In this document: piece by piece, positions 1 through 12,500 of the stretch
Layout of the letters: every line of letters starts with the position of its first letter
Numbering within the stretch: the stretch's first letter is position 1
Source: Hydrolagus colliei
Lineage: Eukaryota
Assembly (NCBI GenBank): GCA_035084275.1
Contig: CM068742.1
Location: 96,782,001 to 96,846,000, forward strand
Direction of reading: 5' to 3'
DNA length: 64,000 nt
Made by a program: the position numbers and the translations under genes
Notes under the pieces: generated by a model
Seen by the model: the letters and a program-made list of their open reading frames with translations, nothing else
The model's database searches: none
Told to the model about the DNA's origin: nothing

Positions 1-341
1 AAAGATTTAGTGACTTACAATGGTCTGCTTTTGTTTTAATTTAAATGTTCTCTTATTTTTTTTATGAATTCTAAAGCTTTGTAATCAATCATTCTTACTG
101 TTGATACCAATTTAATCTTCTCTAACTTGTACAACATCAGCAACTCGCAACACACAAAGCAAAAAGTATCGGTTTGGTATCTGATTGGGAGAAGAGTTCA
201 CAGTTCCATTGTGATCTGTATTTGACACAGTTCACAATCTCAAATACTGCCATCGAACACGGGACTGAGTATCCGAGAGCCCTGCATCTGGAGATATTAC
301 ATCAGGTTAAAAATATTTATGACATCATAAATTATTCATAC

Positions 342-559
342 CTAATACAGTGCCAATTTTATTGGTGAGAACCGAGTCTGTCTGGTCCAGCCAGCCACCT
401 CCCGATAACCCTTCTTTAAACTTGGCCAGGATGGACTGGTTGCTGAGCAGAACAACCAGAATTCTCATTGCCGCAGTGATGGTGGTGGGATGCAAGTGCT
501 CTTCCATGAACATCAGAAGCCAGTCGAAACCCTGAATCTTCACCAATTCTTCACATGAT
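342..559 (-). CDS. WDFY3: WDFY3 exon (last in window)
   Basis: tgcag|ATCATG...GTATTAG|gtatga; [23 protein letters not shown]...LTNKIGTVL; 218 nt. Confidence 0.93.
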
Positions 560-3500
560 CTGCAAGTGTGTTTCGTTTTAATGTTGAATGGGAGAGGAAG
601 AAAAAAATGAAAAAATATCATGCAAGAGGTTAAAATCTTGGGACATCGGCAAAGCAGATTGACAAACTTTAGACCTACTTGTACCACAACCAGAATGATT
701 CACAGCCAGCCAGCTGTGAGTAGTGATGTGCCTCTTTAAGTGTGATGTGCCTCTCTAATGCCTAACCTTTGTGCTATCAGTGGGCTATTTTGCACCTCGG
801 TGCTTCAGTGAACAACCCAGCTGAGGTCAGCCGCCAAACCCGTTGAGGTCAGCCACAGGATGTCTAGGGATGTTGAGTGTGAATGCCAGCTAAAGCTCCA
901 TTTCAATTCAAATCTCCCAGCCTGTGGAACGTGAACTTATAGTAGCACTTCTCTTTAAAATGAACAACGGCAATAATTTGCATTCACTTTTGTGCCAAAG
1001 AATATTAACATCAAAAGGATATTAATTAGTATTTAAAGAGGAAATGAAAGTCTAAATGGAACATGTCTGTTTAAAATACTTCTGTAGGCTAAATACCGTG
1101 CACTGAGCAAAACAGCTAACATTATGATTTAAGATTCTTAAAGGGCTAAATAAAGTAGACAGGGGAAAGTACCAGGGGAAAGTAGACTGTTTCCCCTGGT
1201 AGGAGAATCTATAACAGGGGTCACAATCTTAAAATTAAGGGTCAGCCTTTTAGAACAGAGTTAAGGAAACATTTCTTCACTCAGAGGGTAGTGAATTCAG
1301 AAGGCTGTAGATGCTCAGTCCTTGAACATTTTCAAGGCTGAGACTGATAGATTTTTGAAAAATAGAGGGATTAGGGGATATGGGGATAGGGCAGGTAATC
1401 AGAGTTAGGTGAGAAGATCATCCATGATCTTATTGAATGGTGGAGCACGCTCAAAGGGCCGAATGGCCTACTCCTGCTCCTTATATTTATGTTCTTATTT
1501 AATTCTAGAAAAGAATCCTTGGCTCTCTTGTACTTAGCCATTGTGATGATTTTAAACATTGGGAAAGAGCCAACTCCCCGTTTATAGACTCGAGCGGCTT
1601 GAGAACCGATCACCAGATCACCCTCAGACTCAGTACATCAACAGCCACCAGATGGCAGTGTGTGATTCCTTCTACTAAACTTGGGCTCAAATGAACATAC
1701 AATACAGGTACCCCTCCCCAACCGCGGGGGATACGTTTATGTAAACCTCCACGGTTGGTAAAATCGCGGTAGGAAAGTACAGGGCCCTATGGGAAACATG
1801 GAGATAGGGGAAGTACGTTTGCTTTTTCGCGGTTGGAAAATACAGGGCCCTATGGGAAACATGGGGATTGGGGAAGTAAGTTTGCATTTCGTAGAACTAA
1901 ACACAAAAAAAACACATATATGGGGATAGCGGGAGTAAGTTTGGGTGCATCTGCAGCAATCCACAAGGCTGTCTGACTGACTGATCTACACACAAGACAC
2001 AGAGAGAGAGAGAGAGAGACACACACACACAGAGGGTGGGGGGAATGACATGGAGGGCTCAGAGAGAGAGAAATCAACGGAGAAGGTGTGGTGGAGAAGA
2101 AGAGAGAAATAGAGAGGTAAAATAGAGAGAAGGTGAGAGAGAGAAGGGGGGGTGGGGTGGGGGGATGGGAGGAAGAGAAGGTAAGAGAGAGAAGTGGGGG
2201 TGGGGAAGGGGGGGTGGGGGGAAGAAAAGGTGAAATAGAGAGGTGACAAGAGATGTACAGTTATAACATATATTGGGATAGGGGGAGTAAGTTTGGGAGC
2301 ATTGGTTGTCTGACTGACTGACCGATCTACACAGACACAGAGAGAGAGAAGGTGAGAGAGAGAAGGGGGGGTGAGGGGAAGATAGGGTGAAATAGAGAGG
2401 TGAGAGAGAGAAGGGGGGTGGGGGGGTAGGAGTAGGGGGAAGAGAAGGTGAAATAGAGAAAAGGTGAGTCACAGAGAGAAATCTCTATAGCCCACTTACA
2501 CAGAGAGAGAGGATGCAGAGAAGCGACAATAAATTCATGTTACTGTATTTACCTTAATCCTAAGAGAGAAGTGTTGTCACTGGTTGATTGCAACATCGCA
2601 ACTGGGTCCTAGCACTATACACTAGCGCGAAGCGACATCGAGGCTGGTTGATGCAACTGGGTCCTAGCGCCAGACACTAGTGTTAGTGTTAAAACCCGTG
2701 GATAAGCAAGGGTTATAAGCCGTGGTTTGCAAGGGTTGTCGCATTTAGCAAACCGTGGATGCGTGAGTTTCGCAGTTGTCGAGGGCGCGATTGGGGAGGG
2801 GTACCTGTATTTGCGTTCAATCAGGAACATTTCAAAGCTATTGTTCAAATAAGAAGCTCCAAATCACCTCTTCAATCTACACACATGACATGCGTCTCCA
2901 GCACTACTTACTGATGTAAAACGCTGGGTTTGTCTTTTGAAACAAAAAGCAGTTTCAGCAAGAGGTCCAGAAGTCGGTTTCTTAGTAGAATTGTATTAGC
3001 TGACACAAGGCCACCAAAGTCATCCTCTACTCCTGGAGCAAAGCAAACATCATATTGTCAAAACTCAGCTCTGACCTTATTGTTAATAAAGATGTTCGCA
3101 CATTTGTAAACCTTGAAAGCATTCACGATTAGCTAATCTAGAACTTTGATAGATCCAGATCATTTTTATAATTCAGAACTAAATCTCAGTGCAAGCAAAT
3201 ATTATTCTCAGTGTTGCGATGCAAGATAAACAATTTGCAAAATTACATTTATGTACAGAATTACATTTATATAGCGCCTTTCACGTCGGGAATATGGCAT
3301 TGTTAGTTTGGAAGAGAGCAATGGTTTATAAACATCTTGACAGCAGGAAAACACAATGTGAAACACAATGTGAAAGGTGCAACAGAAGTCTAAACTGTAT
3401 GTGAGCATGTTTGTGGGTGAGTGTGTAAGTATACACATGTGTGAGGGAGAAAGAGAGAGAGAAATGGATGCTTGAAGACTGCTAGAAGTCATGGTTAATT

Positions 3501-6500
3501 CGGTGCTATCATGCAGTAAAATATATTTTCATAAGACAAGTCGCAAGTTACTAGAAAATATGACGCCATGACATCCGAATGCACTTATAACTATGGAATC
3601 CAATGCTTACCTTCTTCCTTTTCCTCATTGTTAGCTTCCATGATTATGAACTTCTCGCAAACTGCGAAGGTTGGTAATGTAGAGGAAAGAAACTGTCCAA
3701 ACCTGAACAAGCACAAAAAGAGAGAAAATTGCAGCAATTACCCAAAAACACACAAACACCCTCAGTGGCATTTTTACTATTTACTGCATTTGAGAAAATA
3801 AAATCTTAATTTCTCCAATATTCAAAATCTGTCCATCGAGTATATACCTGTAACTTTGAATTGCGACACTTTTAGTGCCCATTCACATCTCCAAATGCCC
3901 AAATAAAGATTTTTTGTCATATATTACACTAATAATAATAATCTGTGCATTTGATATAGCACTTTTCACGTCTTCTAAACGTCTCAAAGCTCTTCACAGA
4001 ATATACTGTAAAGTGAATTGACTGTATATTTGTGGGCAATCCCACAAACAATCATGGACTGAAATAACCAATTTTATTATAGTGTTTTTTGGGTGGGACG
4101 GATTTAAAAGTGAATTGGATAAATATTTGCAAAAGATATACTCAATGGGTATCCATTGTGGACTGTTTGCAATCTATAACTGGATAAATAAGTTGATTGC
4201 TATTTCTACGTCTTAGTATTTTTCTTTGGAAACGAAAGCGCAACTGCAAATAAAGTATGAATGTTATACATTTACAATTCTGCAGAGGATCCATTTAAAA
4301 AAAATTATTCGGCTATTTCGCTGTACTTTGAAGTAATTACAGACTGTACCTGAGCAGATCATTGCTGTTTGGAAAGCCTTGCAGCAAAAGACTAAGCACA
4401 TTACTGATGGCTGCAATGGTTGGCTGTGACAGAGATGTGTCTCTCATAGTAAGCAGGAGCTTTGGTATCAGTTGGAAGTCCCTCATTAACTTGGCATTCC
4501 TGGAGGCCTCGCTGGAAAGTAGAATCGAGGTACATTTTTATTTCAAAAGGAGTAAGGAGCAAAACGGAATAAGGTGTTTAATGTGTCAGTGTTCAAGGTA
4601 AAAGCATTTTAAAGTAATCGAGTACCTTGATTCAGTCAGAAGTTCAATAAAGTGCTCAAACAAAGATAGATGAAGCTCATATGGTGCATTAAGCCAGACC
4701 TGGAAAACAGACGGTATAGTATGAATATGCTGTACCTTAAAAACATTCACAACTGTTCACTTTTGATTGAAACACTGAATTGCTGACTTAGGAAGCTCCT
4801 ACTAATTGTGTGGCTGCTTAGAGATAGCAGTTTGCTAATCTCACTGACTACCCACCCTCAACTCCAATCCCAAGCCAGAATTATCAAGTGTTTTGAGGTT
4901 TCCATCCAACGTGAAAGGCGCTATCTATAGCAGTGTAAAGTCTATCACATTGTTGAACTCGGCAGTCAGAAGGCCCCTCACATGCCAAGCTGTGATTAAT
5001 TACATTGCTTCCCATTTGCTGAAAGTTTCTGAGGCCTCGTGTAGAATATTTGAGCGCTACTGAAGCAGTACAACAACAACAAAAAAAATTGTATTTACAT
5101 AGCACCTTTCATGTCGGGAGGATATCAGGAACAAAAATCATAATCTGACATTACTTCTTTTGATGACTCTTTCGATTGTTTGTACCACAAAATCTGGGTG
5201 GTCAGGCATTCTCATTTAACTGGACAAAGGGCTTGAAATTTGCCTCAATGTAAACTCTGACATGTAGTAATAGTTGACCCAGTGCCAACCACAATCAGCT
5301 CAAAGTATGGTTTCATCTGACCTCCAAATGTGTATCACATACATCCAATTATTAAATGAGGCAGCATCACTAATGATTACTCAATACTTCCATGTGCAGA
5401 GCCCAAATTTGAGTACTCAGTGAAATGGAGGTAACTGAATGGTATATACTTCAGCTTCATTTCACTAAGTGTCAGGTCTTACATCAAAGTCGCACAGCAG
5501 ATCCTGGAATCCATTAGAATTGGGGATGATACTGGTGTCGTGGCCACTGTCAACAGTTCCCACCAGCGAAAATGTGAGATGTAGAATGTGACTGTTCAGG
5601 AGAGATCGCTTTTTCTTCAGCAGCATTGCCAACAACTGAAACACACACACGTCCAGACATAAAATACCTTATTTAAAAGAAAATCAATTGTAACCAGTAA
5701 TAGTTTATCAATGCACTACATAGATTACAGTCAACCGTCTACAACAACAAAATTACATTTGTATAGCGCCTTTCATGTTGGGAGGATGTCCCAAAGCGTT
5801 GGACAGTTAGTATTTCGGACCCGAACTGGGGGTTGAGATTAGGGAGGGTGAAGGACAGAGGGGGAAGGAGGGTGATCGAAGGCAAAGTTGAAGAGGAAGG
5901 TCTTGAGATGGATCTTGACGGTGGACAGAGTGGCAGAAGGCTTGCATGCCAATCATGGGGCGGGCGAGGCAGGGGACGTGAAGCGGACTTGCTGATCAGA
6001 GGGAGCAGACAGGTTGGTAGGGGTTAGGAAGTCACAGAGGTATGGGGGAGCAAGGCCACGGAGGACTTTGTATGTGAGGACCGGTATCTTGAACTGAATC
6101 TTGTGTAATGGGAAGCCAGTGGAGTCAGGTGAACATGGAGGTGAAATATGTACATATTTACATATCCAAATGTAATGATATGTAATTAATACATATTCAT
6201 TAATGTATATACAATCCATAAAACACTTTTGTTGCCTCATTGAGTTTATCCAGCGACTGGCGATGCTTGAATTTTAGAATTCAAGCATCCAGTTTTTTTT
6301 TAAGACTTTAACAGGTTAAGTGATCGATTTCAAGATCCTCACTCTTGTTTTCAAATCCCTCCACTCCTCTGCACCCCCCCCTAACTCACTGACCTCTTCT
6401 CTCCTCACAATAGTACTCGTTGCCTTTGCTCTAACGGGTCTGGCCTCCTCCTGTCCCCCAAATCCTCCGTTCCACTGTCGGCGGCCGTGCCGTCAGCCAC

Positions 6501-9500
6501 TACGCTCCGAGGCTCTGGAACTCCCTTGCTCACTCCCTTTGCCTCGCCCCCTCTTTTCTTCGTTCACGGCTGAAGATCTTTCTTTTCGACCGCGCTTTTG
6601 GTCATCTTTTTCCCCCTCCCCCTGGCTCGGCCCCGGGATCTGTTATTGTGAAGCGCTCTGAGACGCTGCCTGGCGTGGAGGGCGATATATAAATCCAAGT
6701 TGTTGTTGTAATGAAATACAAAATTTTTGCTTATAATCCTCCAAAATATAGGTAGTTGATTATTATTCTGCCTTAAGCATTCAAGGCCATTGTTTGTTCC
6801 CAAGATCCTCTCTCCTCATTTGCTATAATGAATCATCCAGACATAATCTATTTTAGTGCTCCCCATGTACTGTACAGCTTTCTTTGTGACTGTCCTTTAC
6901 TGCATGGTTTTAAGAGACACCCATTGAGCATTTTCACATACAGAAAATCAGTTATTTTGCCCTGAGTAGAACAAATAGTAGAGTGGGTGGAGACATAATC
7001 TGTATTTCCACAACATTATCAAATATTGTATTAGTTTGAATCAATAGACACTTATACATTATTTGCTTTAATAAGTTAATGATACATCACATATTGATCC
7101 TACAAGCCACTTTTTCACTATGAGTTCCAATAAAGCTTTTACCTGATAGCCTTTAATCCTCTCCATCTCTTTACTGGCCAATGCGTTACTTTTTACCACA
7201 CAGACAAGAGCCTTCACAGCAGCATACAGACCCTCAACATCTGATGCCATTGCAACAAGACCTAAAATAGCAGCAGCCCCACCGATGTATTGCAGTGTGG
7301 TAGCAACAGGCTTGGGAACTGAAGTCCTTACACCTGCCAACGGAGAAAGCAAGTTATATGAAGATTTGCCTTTGAAAAAAAGTCACAAAATATTAATCTG
7401 AGAATTTCACACTTTCCGTAACCATCACAACATACTAGTCAATAAAATTGAAACTGAAGAACACGATTAAATGTTTCTCTGAGGCGTGAGTTCTTTTTTT
7501 AACACAAAAACGTTAAAAAAGTTATAAACCTAGTATGAAAAAGATCATTTTCTAATCAAACTATATTTAAAAAACAGGTGAAACCCATTGTTGCAGACAT
7601 GTATTGAAGGGAAGATTCAATTTGTTTTAAAATGTTGATATTAAAAATATCAATATTTAATATTTTTAAAGAGAGCCTTTTTTGATACTGTTACTTCAAC
7701 TCAATATAGACCTTGATCAAATAAAGGTTAAAAACCAAGTTAATGAAATGTTCTTCAAAATGCCACTTTACCATGAAATTATTTCAAGGATGAAGGTAAA
7801 GTGCATTAATAACAAAAAACAGATCATCTCAATCACTCTCATACAGATTTTTAAAATTCAGCTTACAACTGTATCAAGCAATTTTTGGGAGGCTCAGGCA
7901 GGTGTTTGACACATGCAGAAACCCATCACCATCCCATCACTATATTTTCATGCGTTGGTGGGATGCAAACTAAGAGTTTGCATACTCTTAGTATGCAAAC
8001 CAATCTGAGAATTCCACACAACTCCCACCAACACATAAAAATCCCAGAGATAAGATTGTTGGAATGGAATGCGCACTGTCTCCCTGGAGGGACACATCCT
8101 GTTTATCTAATTCCGGAAAGTATTAGGCGCAGGTTGCCAAGAGACAAGGCTTGTAAAAAGTAGAGAGACAGTAATGTGCAATGTGAGATTTCAGATGTGC
8201 TCTACTGAAATATTGAGGTGAATCAAAATTGTACCCAGGTATCCAATAAGAGCTGCACCAATAGTTCGTGCTGGTCCATTTAAATGTCCTGCGGCATTGT
8301 GTAGTAACTTCACAGGTGTAGCATTTTCATGGGAAGAAATGGCCATCTGTACAACACATGAAAATGAATAATCATCAGTTGAGAACAAAACCTGATCAGT
8401 CGCACCCAACTCATGGACAGAGACTACATTAAAATCTTTATGGACAATAAGGAGCTTATTGTAGCCTCCTTGATTTGGAGGATATAAAACCTACACTTCA
8501 ATTCTCCATAGCACCAAACACTGATTTAGAGATGATAGAAAGGGGGAAAGAGCAAGAGAGAAAGACACACAAACAGATCCACATGCATGGACACAGTTAT
8601 ATTTTGCGATACTTGAAAAGGAATTGGAAACGTTAACTGCAACTGCTCTTTAAGATACAATGTTCCGAAAACAGCAAATTGCAATTTGTAAATGTTGACA
8701 AAGTGTCTGACGTCTATTGGTTTGGCAAATCAGACCCCAGCGAGAGATTTGTGAGCAACTGTTTTTGTGTACCTTATAGTGTGGATTTAAAGAGCATTGT
8801 TAACATCTGAGAGCACTACCCTTATTGCAGGGTATAGAGTACAGATGATGCCTGACACAGACTACCCAAGTCACGACACAGTAGCAATGCAGTGGCCACA
8901 GGCATGGGAACTGCAAGGAATCATTGCATTTTTTCTGAGGATCTAAAATAACCAGTCTGAGTGGTTGGGGAGGTGTCTGTGCAAGGAAATCAAGCAAAGG
9001 TGAACAGATGAGAAACAAAACTCACAATGAGTACTCTGATTATTCTGAGTTGCACAGTCAGCACCATGTTTCAAATAAATTATCAGGAAAACTGGGTCAG
9101 GCTGGTGCAGTGAGCAACCACTGCCCAGTGGCAATCTGATCCTCTGATGCAAAACTAGGGTGTTAAGAGTGAAAAAAACATTCCTTCCTTGGAACATTGC
9201 TTTTAGCATTGTTAGAACCTCACTGAGCGGAGCCAGACCAGAACCTTGGTGTCCAGTTTGACCATCAACTACCCTTTCTACCTCACATCCATGCCATGAC
9301 CTGCTCTGCTTTCCCCCAATTCTAAACACTGACCTTTCTTCCTCTGTGACCTGCTAACTCCTGCTAATATCAACCTGTCTACTCAGCAGGCTTCAGCCTA
9401 CTCCACGTCCCCCCAACCCACCATCGTCAGTCGGGCCTTCATCCTCTCTGCTCCCACCCTTTGGAACTCCATCCCACAATCCCTTCACCTCGCTTCTTCC

Positions 9501-12500
9501 CTTGCCACCTTCAAGGCATGTCTCAAGAACCTCCTGTTTGACCTCGCCTTCGGTCACCCTCCTACCCCCGCCCTCCACCCCTCCTGCCACATATTTATTT
9601 TCTACTGACAATTTGATTGTAAAAGCATCAAGTAAAATACTACCAGGCTGGCATTTGAAAACATGATTATAGTTTTTAAGATTGTTCAGCTAGACTGAAT
9701 GAAAACCTCTTACCTGTTTCGCTATTGTTTTGCTATCCACTTTGTTGTAATTTTTTCTAATTTTGGCCACTGTTAGTGTAGAAACAGACAATGCATACAG
9801 CGCAAATGATACTTTTTCTTCAGGAACCAGGCTGATTGGAGATGGAATGACTGTTTCCGACTTGGAATCCTTACCTTTACAAGAAAGAGGGAGTAAGCAG
9901 ATTAGCACAAAAAGTCAGCAACTTTAAACAAAACTATCAACAGCAAACAAATATTCAAAGCCCATTTGTAAAATAAGTTATTGAAATGATACAGGGCAAG
10001 TGGACCAGTTTGCTACATGCCTATAAAATGGCCTAAAAAATATAAAACAAACATCATTCTTAAGGCTGAAAAACCCACGATTTATAATTTCATCAAATTT
10101 AATCAGTTGCACTTTGTCCTGCTTCCAATTTTCACCTCTAATAATAAGACCATAAGAATTGCTATCCTTGCATTTCATATAGCGCCTTATCACATCGTTG
10201 AAATATATCAAAGCGCTTCACAGAATATACTGCAAAGTGAATTGACTGCATATTTTGTGGACAAAATGCATTGAAGCCAATGAATCATGCTTCTAGTTCC
10301 AATCCAATATACAAGATGTAACTCTCACCACCAGAACAAACTGTGCATTGACCCAGAGAGAACTGAAGAAACCCAGTCCAAATGTACTGTACTCTAAAAT
10401 AAATTATATTACCATGCAGACTGTGATCATTGATTGTATGTTTATCTTACATATGAAAACCTGAATTTCATATCTGCCTGTGAAGCATTGAATCATTCTA
10501 CAGCAGTGAAATTGTACATCATTCTTAATAGAATAAATCTGCATAATTGTAGCACAGTGAGGATATTATCTTGAACACGATAGTGTCCAAGTGTCACCCT
10601 GAATCCCCAAAATATGTAGAGATAGGGACAGATAATTGGTATTGTTTTATTTATTACATCAGTTCTGTGTGCAAGAAAAACAATTTAAAAAAAATGTATT
10701 GCCTTTTTGGTACATGGGTGACTTTCAATGACAGCACATGATTGACTGGAGAAAGATTTTTTTCCTGCAACTTTTAATGATGTTACGATGACAAAATCTT
10801 ACTTATTCAGCAAAGTATGAGGATATAAAGTATGCAACAATTCACTGCAAAGATATACACAGTGACACAGTTGACACTGGAAATGCCAATTTATTTTTTG
10901 CAAATGCAAGGCGAATTTACACTGAAATAATGTCAGAACTGTTACAGTTTTCCTCATATTTACTGTAACCATTTATCCCCACAAGGATATACTTGTTATT
11001 TTCCAGCGTATAAATAGCAAGGAACTAACGGTTTCAGGCAAGAGTAGATCATTAGCTCATCCTCAGTACACTTCCAATCAACCAAACCTTCCTTTCCCGT
11101 TTCTCTTCTCACCTAATAGCTCAGAATCTTTTCAAGAACCTTTCCTAGTTCCTTTCCAAAACCATTAACAGTTTCCTGATGTACCATCTGGGTGGGCACA
11201 TTTCAATCCCTTATTCCACCGTTTGTTAAGAGTGCCGAATGTTGATAACACAAATTGCATATGGCCTCCATTCTTTGCTCAAGCACACAGATGGTAGGCT
11301 CAGACTTCCAATTGAACACAACCGAAGTTAAAAACTGTGATTGTGGCCTTATCACAATGTCTGTTATGGATTTCCACCACTGCCTAATAATCAGGCTTTA
11401 AAGAAAGCCTGATTATTGTTTGTTCATTTCACATGCCCATCACCCTTTTACTAAAAATGAAACTTTTGCACTTTTTGGTTTTGGTACCTTTATGTTGAAG
11501 CTATGAGTTCAAGTTAATGTCAATATTATTTGCAACGACATGCAAGGTTTTGAAGCTAGATTTCATCTGAATCGTTGACACACAAGTGGAACAACAACAA
11601 CAAAATTATACTTGTACAGCACCTTTCACGTCAGGAACAGCCTGAGGATAAGAATACAAAGCAATCCAGAGAATATAATCTACCTTTTATTTCACATGCA
11701 ATTTTACCCAAGTCTTTCACATATATTGAAGGGTGTATTAGACTAAGACACTTGTGCACTGTTCTTGATATGATCAGTGTTCTCCACAACCTGAAATTAA
11801 AAGGTGCTTCAGCTGTGTTCGACATCAGCAGCATGATGTCAGAACACTTTGTCGCCACGTCACACGCACGCACGTATGTATAGACGCACATGCACGCACA
11901 GGACAAACTCTCACTGCATAGACCACACACTCGACCAGCTACACACATCGGCATGTCAAGCACGCAACACCAAGGAGTTAAGTACATCAGGGATACACAC
12001 TCCACAATTTCATCCCTCCTCCCGCCCTACACACACAGATCCCCACCCCTCCCCACACACACACATGGCACAGACTCTCACTCTCCCTATCTCTCTCTCT
12101 CTGTGTCTCTCATCTTCCCGGCGTGCCAGCCACTCTCTTCTTACCATTCTCTCCGCTGAAATAATCCTTCTGACAAATATTTTCCAAACATATTTAGAAA
12201 AATTATAACGTGTCTGGAAATTTAAAATGTGCTGGCCCTAAATTTAAACGTGTCGGTCCGACACGTCAAAAGCGGTCGTGGAGAACACTGATGATGTATT
12301 ACTATTGTTTTACGTTTTTGTTCTGATTCATTTACAAGAAAAAACAGAGATCATGAGATTGTTATTATAATGGGAGATTGTCTCAGTTGCAGCTTTTGTT
12401 TCCATTGGTCAAAATTGTTGGGACTCGAATTCATAATTTAGGGGTTCGTTGTAGGTTGGAGCTAGGAGAGAGTGTAATACGACATCTGGTTACTATAATG

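Noticed and set aside
720-875. Small tandem duplications (gtgatgtgcctct x2, tgaggtcagcc x2, ggatgt x2)
   Set aside because: Consistent with slippage micro-duplications; no further structure.
1778-1950. Short direct repeats with spacers (tacagggccctatgggaaacatgg x2; ggggagtaagtttg), superficially CRISPR-like
   Set aside because: Only 2-3 irregular copies, inside a eukaryotic MITE, with no cas genes; ordinary subterminal repeats.
7625-7670. AT-rich imperfect palindrome
   Set aside because: Expected by chance in very AT-rich intron sequence.
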